Assembly: GCA_963720755.1 (NCBI GenBank)
Contig: CAVRGP010000015.1
Coordinates: forward strand, 288,001-352,000
DNA from: an uncultured Chloroflexia bacterium
Lineage (GTDB): Bacteria > Chloroflexota > Limnocylindria > Limnocylindrales > CSP1-4
Direction: 5' to 3'
DNA length: 64,000 nt
This document shows positions 9,900-18,623 of this stretch, piece after piece. Position numbers and translations under genes: made by a program. How positions within the stretch are numbered: position 1 is the stretch's first letter; every line of letters starts with the position of its first letter. Below the pieces are notes generated by a model. That model saw nothing but the letters and a program-made list of their open reading frames with translations, ran no database searches and was not told the DNA's origin.

Positions 9900-10763
9900 T
9901 CAGGCCGGCCGGTCGCCGCGTCGCTGGAAGATCACGGACAGCGCGACGAGGACGACCGCGATGACGAAGATCGAGGTGCCGATGACATTGACCTGGACGG
10001 GGATCCCGATCCGGGCCGCACCCCAGATGTACATCGGGAAGGTCACGGTCCGGCCGGCGGTGAAGTTGGTGATGACGAAGTCGTCGATGGACAGGCTGAA
10101 GGCCAGCAACGATGCGGCCAGGATCCCCGGCAGGATGAGCGGGAAGGTGATCCTCCAGAAGGTGACGAGCTCGGTCGCCCCCAGGTCCATCGCGGCTTCT
10201 TCGAGGTGGCGATCGAGCCCCGACAGGCGGGCCCGGACGGTCACCACCACGAAGCTGATGTTGAACATGATGTGCGCGATCAGGATCGTCAGCTCGTTGA
10301 GCGGGAAGAACGGCGGACGGCTGATGGCCACGAACATCGTCAGGAGCGACGCACCGAGGACGATCTCCGGGGTGGCCATCGGCAGGAAGATCAGCAGGTT
10401 GGCCGATCCGGAGGCCCGGAATTGGTAGCGCACGAGTGCCAGGGCGATGAGCGTGCCGAGGATGGTCGCGATGATCGTGGACAGGAACGCGATCTGGAGC
10501 GACACGATGACCGCGCTCCCGATGCCCGGTACCCCGAACGGGTCCTGCCAGTACTGCAGGGTGAAGCCGCGCCAGACGAGATTGCTCCTGCCGATCGGGT
10601 CGTTGAACGAGAACAGGGCGATGACCGCGACAGGCAGGAGGAGGTAGATGATCGCGAGGATCGCGTACAGCGGCAGGAGGTAACGATCGAGGAAGCGCCG
10701 GACCCGGTCACCGAGGGGTCGCGACGCTCGCATCGGTGCGGTGGAAGCCGTCGTCGCCGTCAT
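9900..10763 (-). CDS. potC: Polyamine ABC transporter permease
   Basis: EEAAMDLGA EAA loop, FSLSIDDFVIT, position in operon. Confidence 0.88.
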   Translation of the reverse strand: MTATTASTAPMRASRPLGDRVRRFLDRYLLPLYAILAIIYLLLPVAVIALFSFNDPIGRSNLVWRGFTLQYWQDPFGVPGIGSAVIVSLQIAFLSTIIATILGTLIALALVRYQFRASGSANLLIFLPMATPEIVLGASLLTMFVAISRPPFFPLNELTILIAHIMFNISFVVVTVRARLSGLDRHLEEAAMDLGATELVTFWRITFPLILPGILAASLLAFSLSIDDFVITNFTAGRTVTFPMYIWGAARIGIPVQVNVIGTSIFVIAVVLVALSVIFQRRGDRPA

Positions 10764-10766
10764 CCC

Positions 10767-11783
10767 CTAGACGCTCCGACCGGCGGTGAGGTTCTCGGTC
10801 CCGAGGGCGCGGGCGTACACGGCCACGATCGCCAGGATGCCGATCATCAGGATGAAGCTGAGCGCGGACGCCGTCGGATAGTCATTGTTCGTGAGGAAGC
10901 GACTCTGGATGACGTTACCGATCATGTTCGTCGACGGATTGCCCAGCAGCGACGCATTCACGTAGTCGCCCATCGCGGGGATCAGGACCAACAGGGATCC
11001 GGCGAAGACACCCGGCAGCGACAGCGGGAAGGTCACCCGGACGAACGCCTCGTTGAGGAAGACGGTCCCGCCGATCCCACCGGCGATGGCGCCCGCGGAG
11101 ATGGCTTCCGGCAGCGAGAAGTCGAACGCAAACCCCATCAGCGCCCCGACGATCGCCCCGCCGAGCCCGCCGGCGATCGTGCCACCCGGCCGCCACGGAC
11201 CCGCGTACAGGTCCTCAGCGGCCTCGGTCAGGCGTCGATCCATCTTCTCCAGGGAGACGTAGATCGGCAGGGTCATGAACGGGAGGAAGTTGTAGGTGAT
11301 CCCCGAGATGACCGCGATGGGCGTGGCGAGGACCCGGAAGCCGGGGTCGAGGATGCCCAGGTCCTTGAGCGGACCGAGGACGAGGCCGTCGTCGCCCAGG
11401 ATGATCTTCCAGCTGACCGTTCGCAGCAGGAAGCTCGTGAAGAACGGCGCGACCACCAGGAACAGCATGAGGTTCCGGTATCGGCCGCCACGGAAGGCGA
11501 TGGCGTAGGCGAGGGGATAGGCGATGAGGAAGGTGAGCAGGGTCGCGGTCAGCGAGTAGACGATCGACCGGCCGAACTGGGTCGAGTAACGATCGAGTGC
11601 CTCAGGGTACGTCGTCCAGTTCGACAGCGAGAAGGTGAAGCCGGTCTCCACGGTCCCCGACCAGAACGAGGTGATGAACATCTGGAACGCCGGGTAGACG
11701 TAGAAGACGAGCAGCCACAGCAGGCCCGGCGCCAGCAACAGGTACGGGATCGCATGGCGATGGCGGTGCAGGAACGTGCCCAC
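10767..11783 (-). CDS. potB: Polyamine ABC transporter permease with an insertion in the EAA loop
   Basis: YPLAY, PFFTSFLLR, YNFLPFM.LP.Y..LE, EAAEDLYA, PAMGDY, MIGNVIQ. Confidence 0.88.
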   Translation of the reverse strand: MGTFLHRHRHAIPYLLLAPGLLWLLVFYVYPAFQMFITSFWSGTVETGFTFSLSNWTTYPEALDRYSTQFGRSIVYSLTATLLTFLIAYPLAYAIAFRGGRYRNLMLFLVVAPFFTSFLLRTVSWKIILGDDGLVLGPLKDLGILDPGFRVLATPIAVISGITYNFLPFMTLPIYVSLEKMDRRLTEAAEDLYAGPWRPGGTIAGGLGGAIVGALMGFAFDFSLPEAISAGAIAGGIGGTVFLNEAFVRVTFPLSLPGVFAGSLLVLIPAMGDYVNASLLGNPSTNMIGNVIQSRFLTNNDYPTASALSFILMIGILAIVAVYARALGTENLTAGRSV

Positions 11784-11833
11784 TCGGCCTCCGAAGGTCC
11801 GGACTCGGGATGGTCAGCGCTGGCGAAGCGCGG

Positions 11834-13066
11834 TCACACGCCGGTGAGCGTCGAGAACTGGTCGTTCATGTACGTCTCTTCCTCTTCGGACAGCGACTTG
11901 AACGGCTTGACCAGGGTGAGCATCTCCGGCGTCGGGAAGATCAGGGGATTCTTGGCCAGATCCGGGTCGATCTTGGCCAATTCTGCCTGGGCTCCCTTGA
12001 CCGGGCAGATGTAGTTCACCCAGGCGGCGATCTGCGCCGCGACCGCAGGGCGGTAGACATAGTCGGCGAAGATCGAAGCCGTGTACACGTTGGGACTGCC
12101 CAGCGGGATCATCATGTTGTCGTACCAGAGCATCCCGCCCTGGGTCGGGATCGAGAACCGGAGACTGGCCTTCTCGAGCTGCTTCTGGATGATGTCGCCC
12201 GACCAGGCCATCGCCAGGACGACATTGCCGGCCACGAGATCCTCCGCGTAGTCGTTGCCGGTGAACGCCCGGACGATGCCGTCGTCGACCGATTGCTGGA
12301 GCTTGGCGATGGCCTCGTCGAATTGATCGGTCGTGACCGTCAGCGGGTCGTATCCCAGGTTCTCAAGGGTCAGGCCGACCGCGTCGCGCATCTCGGACAG
12401 GTAGGTGATCCGGCCCTTCCACTGCGGGTCCCAGAGGGCGTCCGAGCTGGTGAGGTCACCGGTGACCTTGCGGTCGAAGCCGAGGCCGGTCATCCCCGAC
12501 TGCCACGGGGCGTGGTACTCGTTCGTCGCGTCGAAGTCCGGAGCCAGGTAGACGTCCTCGAGGTTCGCCGTGTAGTTCGGCATGTCGGCGACATCGAACT
12601 TCTCCGCCCAGCCCAGGCGGATGATCCGGGCCGCCATCCACTGGGTCAGGACCATCAGGTCCCAGCCGGTTGGCTGGCCCGCTTCCAACGGTGCCTTGAT
12701 CGTCCCGAAGAACTCGTTGTTGTCGTTGATGACCTCGGAGTACTTCACCACCGTCCCGTACTCGGCCGTGAAATCCTCGAGCGTCTTGTGCTTGGTGGAG
12801 TCGTTGTCATCCGTATCGATGTACAGCGGCCAGTTGGCGAACTGGAGCTCCGCCGCCATCGTCTTGTCGATCGGGGTGGCGCTCGGCGCCTCGGTCGGCG
12901 GTGTCGTCGCGGCCGCGCTGGAACTGGTGGGCGCCGCGGCCGACGGGCTGCCCCCCGTGCCGCTCGTCCCGCAGGCGGCGAGGAAGGCCGCGACGCCCGT
13001 GAGCGTCGTGCCCTGGAGGAATCGCCGACGGGTCAGTTCCAGGTGTGTCTGGGTCGGTTCGGTCAT
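11834..13066 (-). CDS. potD: Spermidine/putrescine-binding Tat lipoprotein
   Basis: ATG 13066 with GGAGGAG SD. Tat motif TRRRFL, lipobox FLAAC, NWPLYID, WSGD, GMLWYDNM. Confidence 0.88.
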   Translation of the reverse strand: MTEPTQTHLELTRRRFLQGTTLTGVAAFLAACGTSGTGGSPSAAAPTSSSAAATTPPTEAPSATPIDKTMAAELQFANWPLYIDTDDNDSTKHKTLEDFTAEYGTVVKYSEVINDNNEFFGTIKAPLEAGQPTGWDLMVLTQWMAARIIRLGWAEKFDVADMPNYTANLEDVYLAPDFDATNEYHAPWQSGMTGLGFDRKVTGDLTSSDALWDPQWKGRITYLSEMRDAVGLTLENLGYDPLTVTTDQFDEAIAKLQQSVDDGIVRAFTGNDYAEDLVAGNVVLAMAWSGDIIQKQLEKASLRFSIPTQGGMLWYDNMMIPLGSPNVYTASIFADYVYRPAVAAQIAAWVNYICPVKGAQAELAKIDPDLAKNPLIFPTPEMLTLVKPFKSLSEEEETYMNDQFSTLTGV

Positions 13067-13094
13067 CGGTTCTCCTCCTCGCGCGGCTGGGGAT

Positions 13095-14225
13095 TCATTC
13101 CTCGGTCGACTCGGCCTCGGATGTCGCATCGTGGACGACGAAACTGTGGTCGGGTGACCAGGTGAGTCGGACCTGTTCGCCGGGCGTCCACAGCTCGGAC
13201 CGTGTGGCGCGCTCGACGTTCTGTTCGTAGACTGTGACGATCGCGCCGCCACTCGCCTCGATCTGGTACTGGGTGCTGACGCCAAGGTACGAGGCATCGC
13301 GGACGACGCCGGTCAACTGGTTGTGTCCGGCCGGGGCATCGTCGGTCAGCTCGCGAAGTCGGATCTTCTCGGGGCGCACCCCGACGCTGACTTCCGTCTG
13401 GCCATCGATCGAGGCATTCGGGGTGCGGACCAGCGTGTCGTCGCGCAACCGGACGGTGGCGTGCTCGCCGTCCGTCCCCTGGACGGTCCCGGGCAGCAGG
13501 TTGCTGATCCCCAGGAAGCCCGCGACGAATCGGGTCGTCGGACGTTCGTACAGGCTCGCCGGATCGCCGATCTGCTCGTAGTGACCCTGGTGCATGACGG
13601 CGATGCGATCCGACATCGTCATCGCCTCTTCCTGGTCGTGGGTGACGTAGATGAAGGTGATCCCGACCTCCTGCTGGATCCGCTTGAGCTCGACCTGCAT
13701 CTGGCGACGCAACTTCAGGTCCAGCGCCCCGAGCGGCTCGTCGAGCAGCAGGACGGCCGGTCGATTGATCAGGGCGCGGGCGAGGGCGACTCGCTGGGCC
13801 TGCCCACCGGAGATCTGGTTCGGCTTCCGCTTCTCGAACCCGGGCAGTTCGACCAGGTCGAGCATCGCGCTCACCCGTTGGCCCACCTCGCTCGAGCTGA
13901 CACCCTTCCGCCGGAGACCGAACGCCACGTTCTCGAAGATGGTCAGGTGCGGGAAGAGCGCATAGCTCTGGAAGACCGTGTTGACGTTGCGCCGGTACGG
14001 CGGCAGCCAGGTCACGTCCTGGCCCTGGAGCTCGATCAGCCCTGATGTCGGCGCCTCGAACCCGCCGATCATACGGAGGGTGGTCGTCTTGCCACAGCCC
14101 GATGGACCGAGGAGGCTGAAGAACTCGCCATCGACCACTTCGAGGTTGATGTGGTCCACGGCGACCGCGTCGCCGAACTTCTTGACCACATCCACGAGCT
14201 TGACGTCGACGGTGGGCACGTTCAA
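13095..14225 (-). CDS. potA: Polyamine ABC transporter ATP-binding protein
   Basis: Walker A GPSGCGKT, ISGGQ, LLLDEPLGALD, C-terminal TOBE-like domain. TTG start with GAGGAG SD. Confidence 0.92.
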   Translation of the reverse strand: MNVPTVDVKLVDVVKKFGDAVAVDHINLEVVDGEFFSLLGPSGCGKTTTLRMIGGFEAPTSGLIELQGQDVTWLPPYRRNVNTVFQSYALFPHLTIFENVAFGLRRKGVSSSEVGQRVSAMLDLVELPGFEKRKPNQISGGQAQRVALARALINRPAVLLLDEPLGALDLKLRRQMQVELKRIQQEVGITFIYVTHDQEEAMTMSDRIAVMHQGHYEQIGDPASLYERPTTRFVAGFLGISNLLPGTVQGTDGEHATVRLRDDTLVRTPNASIDGQTEVSVGVRPEKIRLRELTDDAPAGHNQLTGVVRDASYLGVSTQYQIEASGGAIVTVYEQNVERATRSELWTPGEQVRLTWSPDHSFVVHDATSEAESTEE

Positions 14226-14276
14226 TTCCGCTCCTCGTGGGGGAGTGAGCGTGATTCATTCCGCTCGGGTCTCGCG

Positions 14277-14306
14277 AGGATATGGTCGGGTGCATGCGAG
14301 TGTCAA
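14277..14306 (-). promoter_or_regulatory. sigma70-type promoter of the pot operon
   Basis: Minus strand reads TTGACA-N18-TATCCT, about 50 nt upstream of potA. Confidence 0.55.
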
Positions 14307-14520
14307 GGAATGGGCGCTGCTCTGCGCGATACACGTATCCTGCGGACGCGAGCCCCTACGAGATTCGTTCGCTGCCCAGCCCGGAGTCACGAATCTCGCG
14401 CCCGCGCGCGCCGACAAATGGCCGTTGACGCGTGCCTTCCGGGCTCGCGGTACGATGGCGAGCGAATCCTCCCGCAGGGCACCAGGCCCTGTTCCGCGAC
14501 GTGAAGGGACCCGCCCACCG

Positions 14521-15600
14521 ATGTCCGACCTGACCCACGATGCCGTGATCGAAGCGATGCGCACGGTCCAGGAACCCGAACTCGGCCGCGATCTCGTCGC
14601 GCTCGACATGGTCAAGGACGTGGTCATCGATGGTTCGACCCTGTCGATGAAGATCGAGCTCACGACGCCGGCCTGTCCGCTCAAGGATGAGATCGAACGG
14701 ACGACGAACGAGGCCCTCGGTGCGATCGGTGCGACCAAGGTCGAGATCACCTGGGGGGCGATGGTCCGCCGGGCGCAGCCGCGACAGGCCGAACAGCTCG
14801 TCCCGGGTGTCAAGAACATCATCGCGGTCGCATCCGGCAAGGGCGGGGTCGGCAAGAGCACGGTCAGCGTCAACCTCGCCGTGGCCCTCGCGCAAGCGGG
14901 CGCCTCCGTCGGTCTCCTCGACGCCGACATCACCGGTCCGAACATCCCGCTCATGCTCGGGCTCGAAGGGCAGCCGAAGGCGAGCGCGAACAACAAGATC
15001 ACCCCGCTCGAGCGCCACGGGGTGAAGGCGATCTCGATCCAGTTCTTCGTTCCGGAAGGCCAGCCGATCGTCTGGCGAGGGCCCCTGGTCGGCGGCGCGA
15101 TCCAGCAATTCCTTCGAGACGTCGACTGGGGAGACCTGGACTACCTGGTCATCGACCTGCCGCCCGGCACGTCCGACGCGCAGCTGACCCTGGCCCAGGC
15201 GGTACCGATCTCCGGTGCGGTCCTCGTGACCACACCCCAGGCCGTCGCGCTGGCAGACGTGGGCAAAGCCCTCGCCATGTTCAACCGGATGAGCGTGCCC
15301 ATCATCGGTCTGGTCGAGAACATGACGTCCTTCGCCTGTCCTCATTGTGGCGAACTGACCGAGATCTTCGGCCGCGGCGGTGGCGAGCGCTTCGCGACCG
15401 AACACGGTCTGGAATACCTGGGCGGCATCCCGCTCGACGTCACCGTCCGCCAGGGTGGCGACGTTGGCGTCCCAGCGGTCGCCCAACGCGAACCGGGGCC
15501 GGCCGGACAGGCCATGACCGCCATCGCCAGCCTCGTGGCAGCCCGGATGAGCGTCCGCGCGGCCCAGGGCGCGACCGCGCCGGTGCTGACGATCTCCTAG
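14521..15600 (+). CDS. mrp: Mrp/NBP35 (ApbC) Fe-S cluster carrier ATPase
   Basis: N-terminal DUF59-like TTPACP, SGKGGVGKST, WRGP, DLPPGT, ENMTSFACPHC. Confidence 0.93.
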   Translation: MSDLTHDAVIEAMRTVQEPELGRDLVALDMVKDVVIDGSTLSMKIELTTPACPLKDEIERTTNEALGAIGATKVEITWGAMVRRAQPRQAEQLVPGVKNIIAVASGKGGVGKSTVSVNLAVALAQAGASVGLLDADITGPNIPLMLGLEGQPKASANNKITPLERHGVKAISIQFFVPEGQPIVWRGPLVGGAIQQFLRDVDWGDLDYLVIDLPPGTSDAQLTLAQAVPISGAVLVTTPQAVALADVGKALAMFNRMSVPIIGLVENMTSFACPHCGELTEIFGRGGGERFATEHGLEYLGGIPLDVTVRQGGDVGVPAVAQREPGPAGQAMTAIASLVAARMSVRAAQGATAPVLTIS

Positions 15601-16862
15601 GCAGGAGAGCTCGGGTCCCGCTCTCCCGACCCGGCGACCCGCGGCAGTGTGTCGAGCAGGACCGCCGCGGCGGCGAGGGCCGCCCGCGACCGACCGATCG
15701 GCCCCGACAGAAAGACGTCTCGCCGCACCTCTCGTCGGTCGTCCGGCGTGACGACGGCGATCGAGACGGTCAGATCGCCCGCTCGAACAAGGGCTCGCAC
15801 CGCAAGGCCCACGTCGCTTCGCATGCGCCGGCGCACCCGTTCTGCCGCGGCGATCAGGTCGGACCGACCGCTCCGAACCCCCTCTGCGTCGCTCCCGTCG
15901 ACCGTCTCGCCCGTGGGATCCGGGTCGGACGCGATCGACTCTGCGAGGTGAAGCCGGCCGACATCGGCCAGTAGTCCACCCACGCTTCCGCCGGTTCCGA
16001 TCTCGACCAGGGCCAGACTCCACCCGAGTTCGTCGAGGCGGGCGCCGATGGCCTGGGCCCAGGTCGTCTCCCCGGTCGCCCAGACGTACGTTCCGACGCG
16101 TTCCTGGACGATCGCGGCGATCTCCTCGACCAGGGACTCCGCCGTTCGTCCATCGCGACCGACGGCCGAGATCCGGACGTCGACGGCCTCGGCCCGGGCA
16201 TACGTGGCGACGATCGGATCGGTCGAGCGAAGCAGCGGTTCGCCCAGGCGTTCAGCGACCTGCGACTCGCCGATCCCGGTCAGCCGGTAGGTCCGCGCCA
16301 CGACGTCCGCACCGAGGCCGATCGCCCCCAACCGCGGGAGCGCCTCGTCCGCCCACATCGGGCGCATCTCGCGCGGGGGCCCCGGCAGTGCGACCGCAAC
16401 CCGACCGTCCGCGCGTGTCACCAGCCACCCGGGTGCCGTCCCGTTCGGGTTTGCCAGGGCGACGGCCGACGGGATCAGCCAGGCCTGCTTGAGATTCATC
16501 TCAGGAAGGGCCATGCCTCGCCGGGCCCAGAGGTCCCGCAACCAGGCTTCGAGAGCCGGGTCGGTGACCGGTGTCTCCCCCCAGACGTCGGCGATGGCCT
16601 CGCGAGTCAGGTCGTCGGGGGTCGGTCCAAGTCCGCCCGTTGAGACGACGAGGTCGACCCGATCGAGTGCGCTGCGGAGTGCTGCGGCGACCGTCGCTCG
16701 ATCGTCCGGCAGCGCGGTGATCCGAGTGACACGGACGCCGGCCGCGGTCAGCGATCGCGCCAGCTCCCCACTATTCGTGTCGCGGGTGTCGCCGACGGTA
16801 AGTTCGGTGCCGATGCTGAGCAGTTCGGCCACGATGAGCTGTCGAGGCGGTCGATCCATCAC
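15597..16862 (-). CDS. cinA: CinA-family protein (MoCF/COG1058 domain plus degenerate PncC domain)
   Basis: SIGTEL..G...DTN, TGGLGPT.DDLT, N.KQA, N..GTAPG, LPGPP.E, GIGES. Confidence 0.88.
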   Translation of the reverse strand: MMDRPPRQLIVAELLSIGTELTVGDTRDTNSGELARSLTAAGVRVTRITALPDDRATVAAALRSALDRVDLVVSTGGLGPTPDDLTREAIADVWGETPVTDPALEAWLRDLWARRGMALPEMNLKQAWLIPSAVALANPNGTAPGWLVTRADGRVAVALPGPPREMRPMWADEALPRLGAIGLGADVVARTYRLTGIGESQVAERLGEPLLRSTDPIVATYARAEAVDVRISAVGRDGRTAESLVEEIAAIVQERVGTYVWATGETTWAQAIGARLDELGWSLALVEIGTGGSVGGLLADVGRLHLAESIASDPDPTGETVDGSDAEGVRSGRSDLIAAAERVRRRMRSDVGLAVRALVRAGDLTVSIAVVTPDDRREVRRDVFLSGPIGRSRAALAAAAVLLDTLPRVAGSGERDPSSPA

Positions 16863-16963
16863 CTGCCAGCCTAGCGCGCCGCGCCTCGGACGGCCGGGGC
16901 CTGGCCGATCGTCGCTGCTATCATCGGGCGGACGCGCCGCTTGCCCTATTCGGAGTCACTGCC

Positions 16964-17899
16964 CTGGACGATCCGACGGCCACCCCACCGCCGCCACCCG
17001 ATCCCGCACCGGCCGGGGGTCGTGGTGCGCCCGGTACGGACTCGGGCGGCAAATCCGGGGCGACCGGCGGATCCGAAGGCAAACGCCGTCCGGGCCAGCG
17101 TCCGCCGGGCCTCGGCGCTCAGATCGGTGCCACCCGCGAGGCCCTGGTGGCGCTGGTGGTTGCCCACATCGACCTGGCGAAGGCGGAGGCCGGGGCGATC
17201 GCTGGCGAAGTCGGTCGGGTCGCGGCACTCGCCGCGCTGGCGCTCTTGTTCGTCATCTTCGCGGTCTTCCTCGCGGTCATCGGCATCTCCCTGTCGATCG
17301 GACAGGTCGTCCTGGGGTCGATGGGTTGGGGCGTCATCCACGGCGTCCTGATGTTCATCGATATCGCCGTGGCGGCCGTCCTGGTGGCCATCGGCGTCGC
17401 GGCCGGCCGGATCGGTCGGGCATTGCTGGTGGCGATCGTGGTCGGGGCCGTTGTCGGGATCGTTCTCGGCTTGAACCTGCCGAACCAGCTCTACACCTCG
17501 ATCGGCGAGTCGTTGAAACTCGCGGTCGACCCGGGCAATCTGCCGCTGGCCGTGGGGACGGCGATCGGCGGGCTCGTCGGCCTGCTCGCTGGTGTCATCG
17601 TCGCCATCCGGATGACCGGATCGGCGGGCGGCAGGATCGGAGTGGCCGTCCTGCTGACCCTCCTCGGCGCGGCGGTCGGGGCGTTCACGGCCATCACCTT
17701 CGGACCGCAGGTCGGGGCGGGGATCGGGATCACCGTCGGCTACCTCACCTGGATGGTCCTCATGGCCATCGACGTGTATCGCACCGGGATCGACACCGAG
17801 GCGTTGCGACTCCGGTTCTACCCCACGCAGACCATCGATACCAGCAAGGAGACGCTCGAGTGGCTACAGAAACGGATGCCGCCCGGGATCGGGTCCTAG
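16964..17899 (+). CDS. YqjE/holin-X-like multi-TM membrane protein (start uncertain: CTG 16964 or GTG 17147)
   Basis: HIDLAKAE followed by TM helices, C-terminal PTQTIDTSKETLEWL. Frame open from 16964. Confidence 0.65.
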   Translation: MDDPTATPPPPPDPAPAGGRGAPGTDSGGKSGATGGSEGKRRPGQRPPGLGAQIGATREALVALVVAHIDLAKAEAGAIAGEVGRVAALAALALLFVIFAVFLAVIGISLSIGQVVLGSMGWGVIHGVLMFIDIAVAAVLVAIGVAAGRIGRALLVAIVVGAVVGIVLGLNLPNQLYTSIGESLKLAVDPGNLPLAVGTAIGGLVGLLAGVIVAIRMTGSAGGRIGVAVLLTLLGAAVGAFTAITFGPQVGAGIGITVGYLTWMVLMAIDVYRTGIDTEALRLRFYPTQTIDTSKETLEWLQKRMPPGIGS

Positions 17900-18441
17900 C
17901 GGCTCGAGCCACGCTCGGCGACGAACTGGACACGCTCGAGGCGTCTGCTCGAGCGGCAGTCGACATACCGGCCAAGATCCGGAGGAGCCCCGCCAAGGCG
18001 GCAGCCGTGGCGGGTGGCACCGCCTTTGTCGTGCTGCGCGGCCCACAGCGCGTCTTCCGCGCGGGCAAGCGGGCCGTCTTCGGCGCGCCGGATCCACTCC
18101 CCGAATCGATGCTTCCCGACGATGTGGAGCGGGCGATCCGCGCACTCGGCGACGATGGGGCCAAGGTTCGGGGTGCCCTGGAACGAGATTTCGCGGCATA
18201 TGCGAAACAGGCGAGCCGGGATCGCGCCGGGCTGCGCAACCTGCTCCTGCTGTCGGTCGCCCGGCCGATGTTGCAGAGTGCTGCGAAGTTCGGTGGAAAG
18301 TGGCTGTTCAGGACAGACGACGAAGGGTTCCAGGCACGCTTGGAGCAGATCCGCGAGCGAGCGGGTCAGATGGGACCGTCCGGTTCCCCGAAGCCGACTG
18401 AACCCGACACCGTCCCGGGCGAGGGCACCGCGCTAGACTGA
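17860..18441 (+). CDS. Hypothetical protein, DUF3618/YqjK-like partner of the preceding membrane protein
   Basis: GTG 17860 with AAGGAG SD. ARDRVLAARATLGDELDTL coiled segment, then a short hydrophobic stretch. Confidence 0.7.
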   Translation: MATETDAARDRVLAARATLGDELDTLEASARAAVDIPAKIRRSPAKAAAVAGGTAFVVLRGPQRVFRAGKRAVFGAPDPLPESMLPDDVERAIRALGDDGAKVRGALERDFAAYAKQASRDRAGLRNLLLLSVARPMLQSAAKFGGKWLFRTDDEGFQARLEQIRERAGQMGPSGSPKPTEPDTVPGEGTALD

Positions 18442-18446
18442 CCGAC

Positions 18447-18534
18447 GGGCGAGTGGCGGAATGGCAGACGCGCCGGCCTTAGGAGCCGGTGCCGCGTGAG
18501 CGGCGTGGAGGTTCGACCCCTCTCTCGCCTACCA
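18447..18534 (+). tRNA. tRNA-Leu (anticodon TAG), long variable arm, CCA encoded
   Basis: Acceptor GGGCGAG/CTCGCCT, D-loop GGAATGGCAGAC, anticodon stem CCGGC-CTTAGGA-GCCGG, T-arm GGAGG-TTCGACC-CCTCT, ACCA end. Confidence 0.97.
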
Positions 18535-18623
18535 GTAACGTCGTGGCCATCTCAACACCTTGGTGGGCCGCGCCAAGTGGCGGCCGGGCCCGCACCGGGC
18601 TCCCGCCCTATACTTCGCGGGCG

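Noticed and set aside
4588-12014. Very long antisense or alternative-frame ORFs (e.g. 4588..7359 -, 9783..12014 +, and similar throughout the window)
   Set aside because: They are shadows of well-supported genes, expected from high-GC codon bias, and their Arg/Pro-rich translations lack motifs.
16964-17899. Holin-like protein as prophage evidence
   Set aside because: The YqjE/holin-X-like family is typically chromosomal, and there are no endolysin or structural phage genes.
18447-18623. tRNA-Leu as an integration site
   Set aside because: It is followed directly by tig. I saw no integrase and no duplicated tRNA 3' end; tRNA-Leu-tig-clpP-clpX is an ordinary arrangement.
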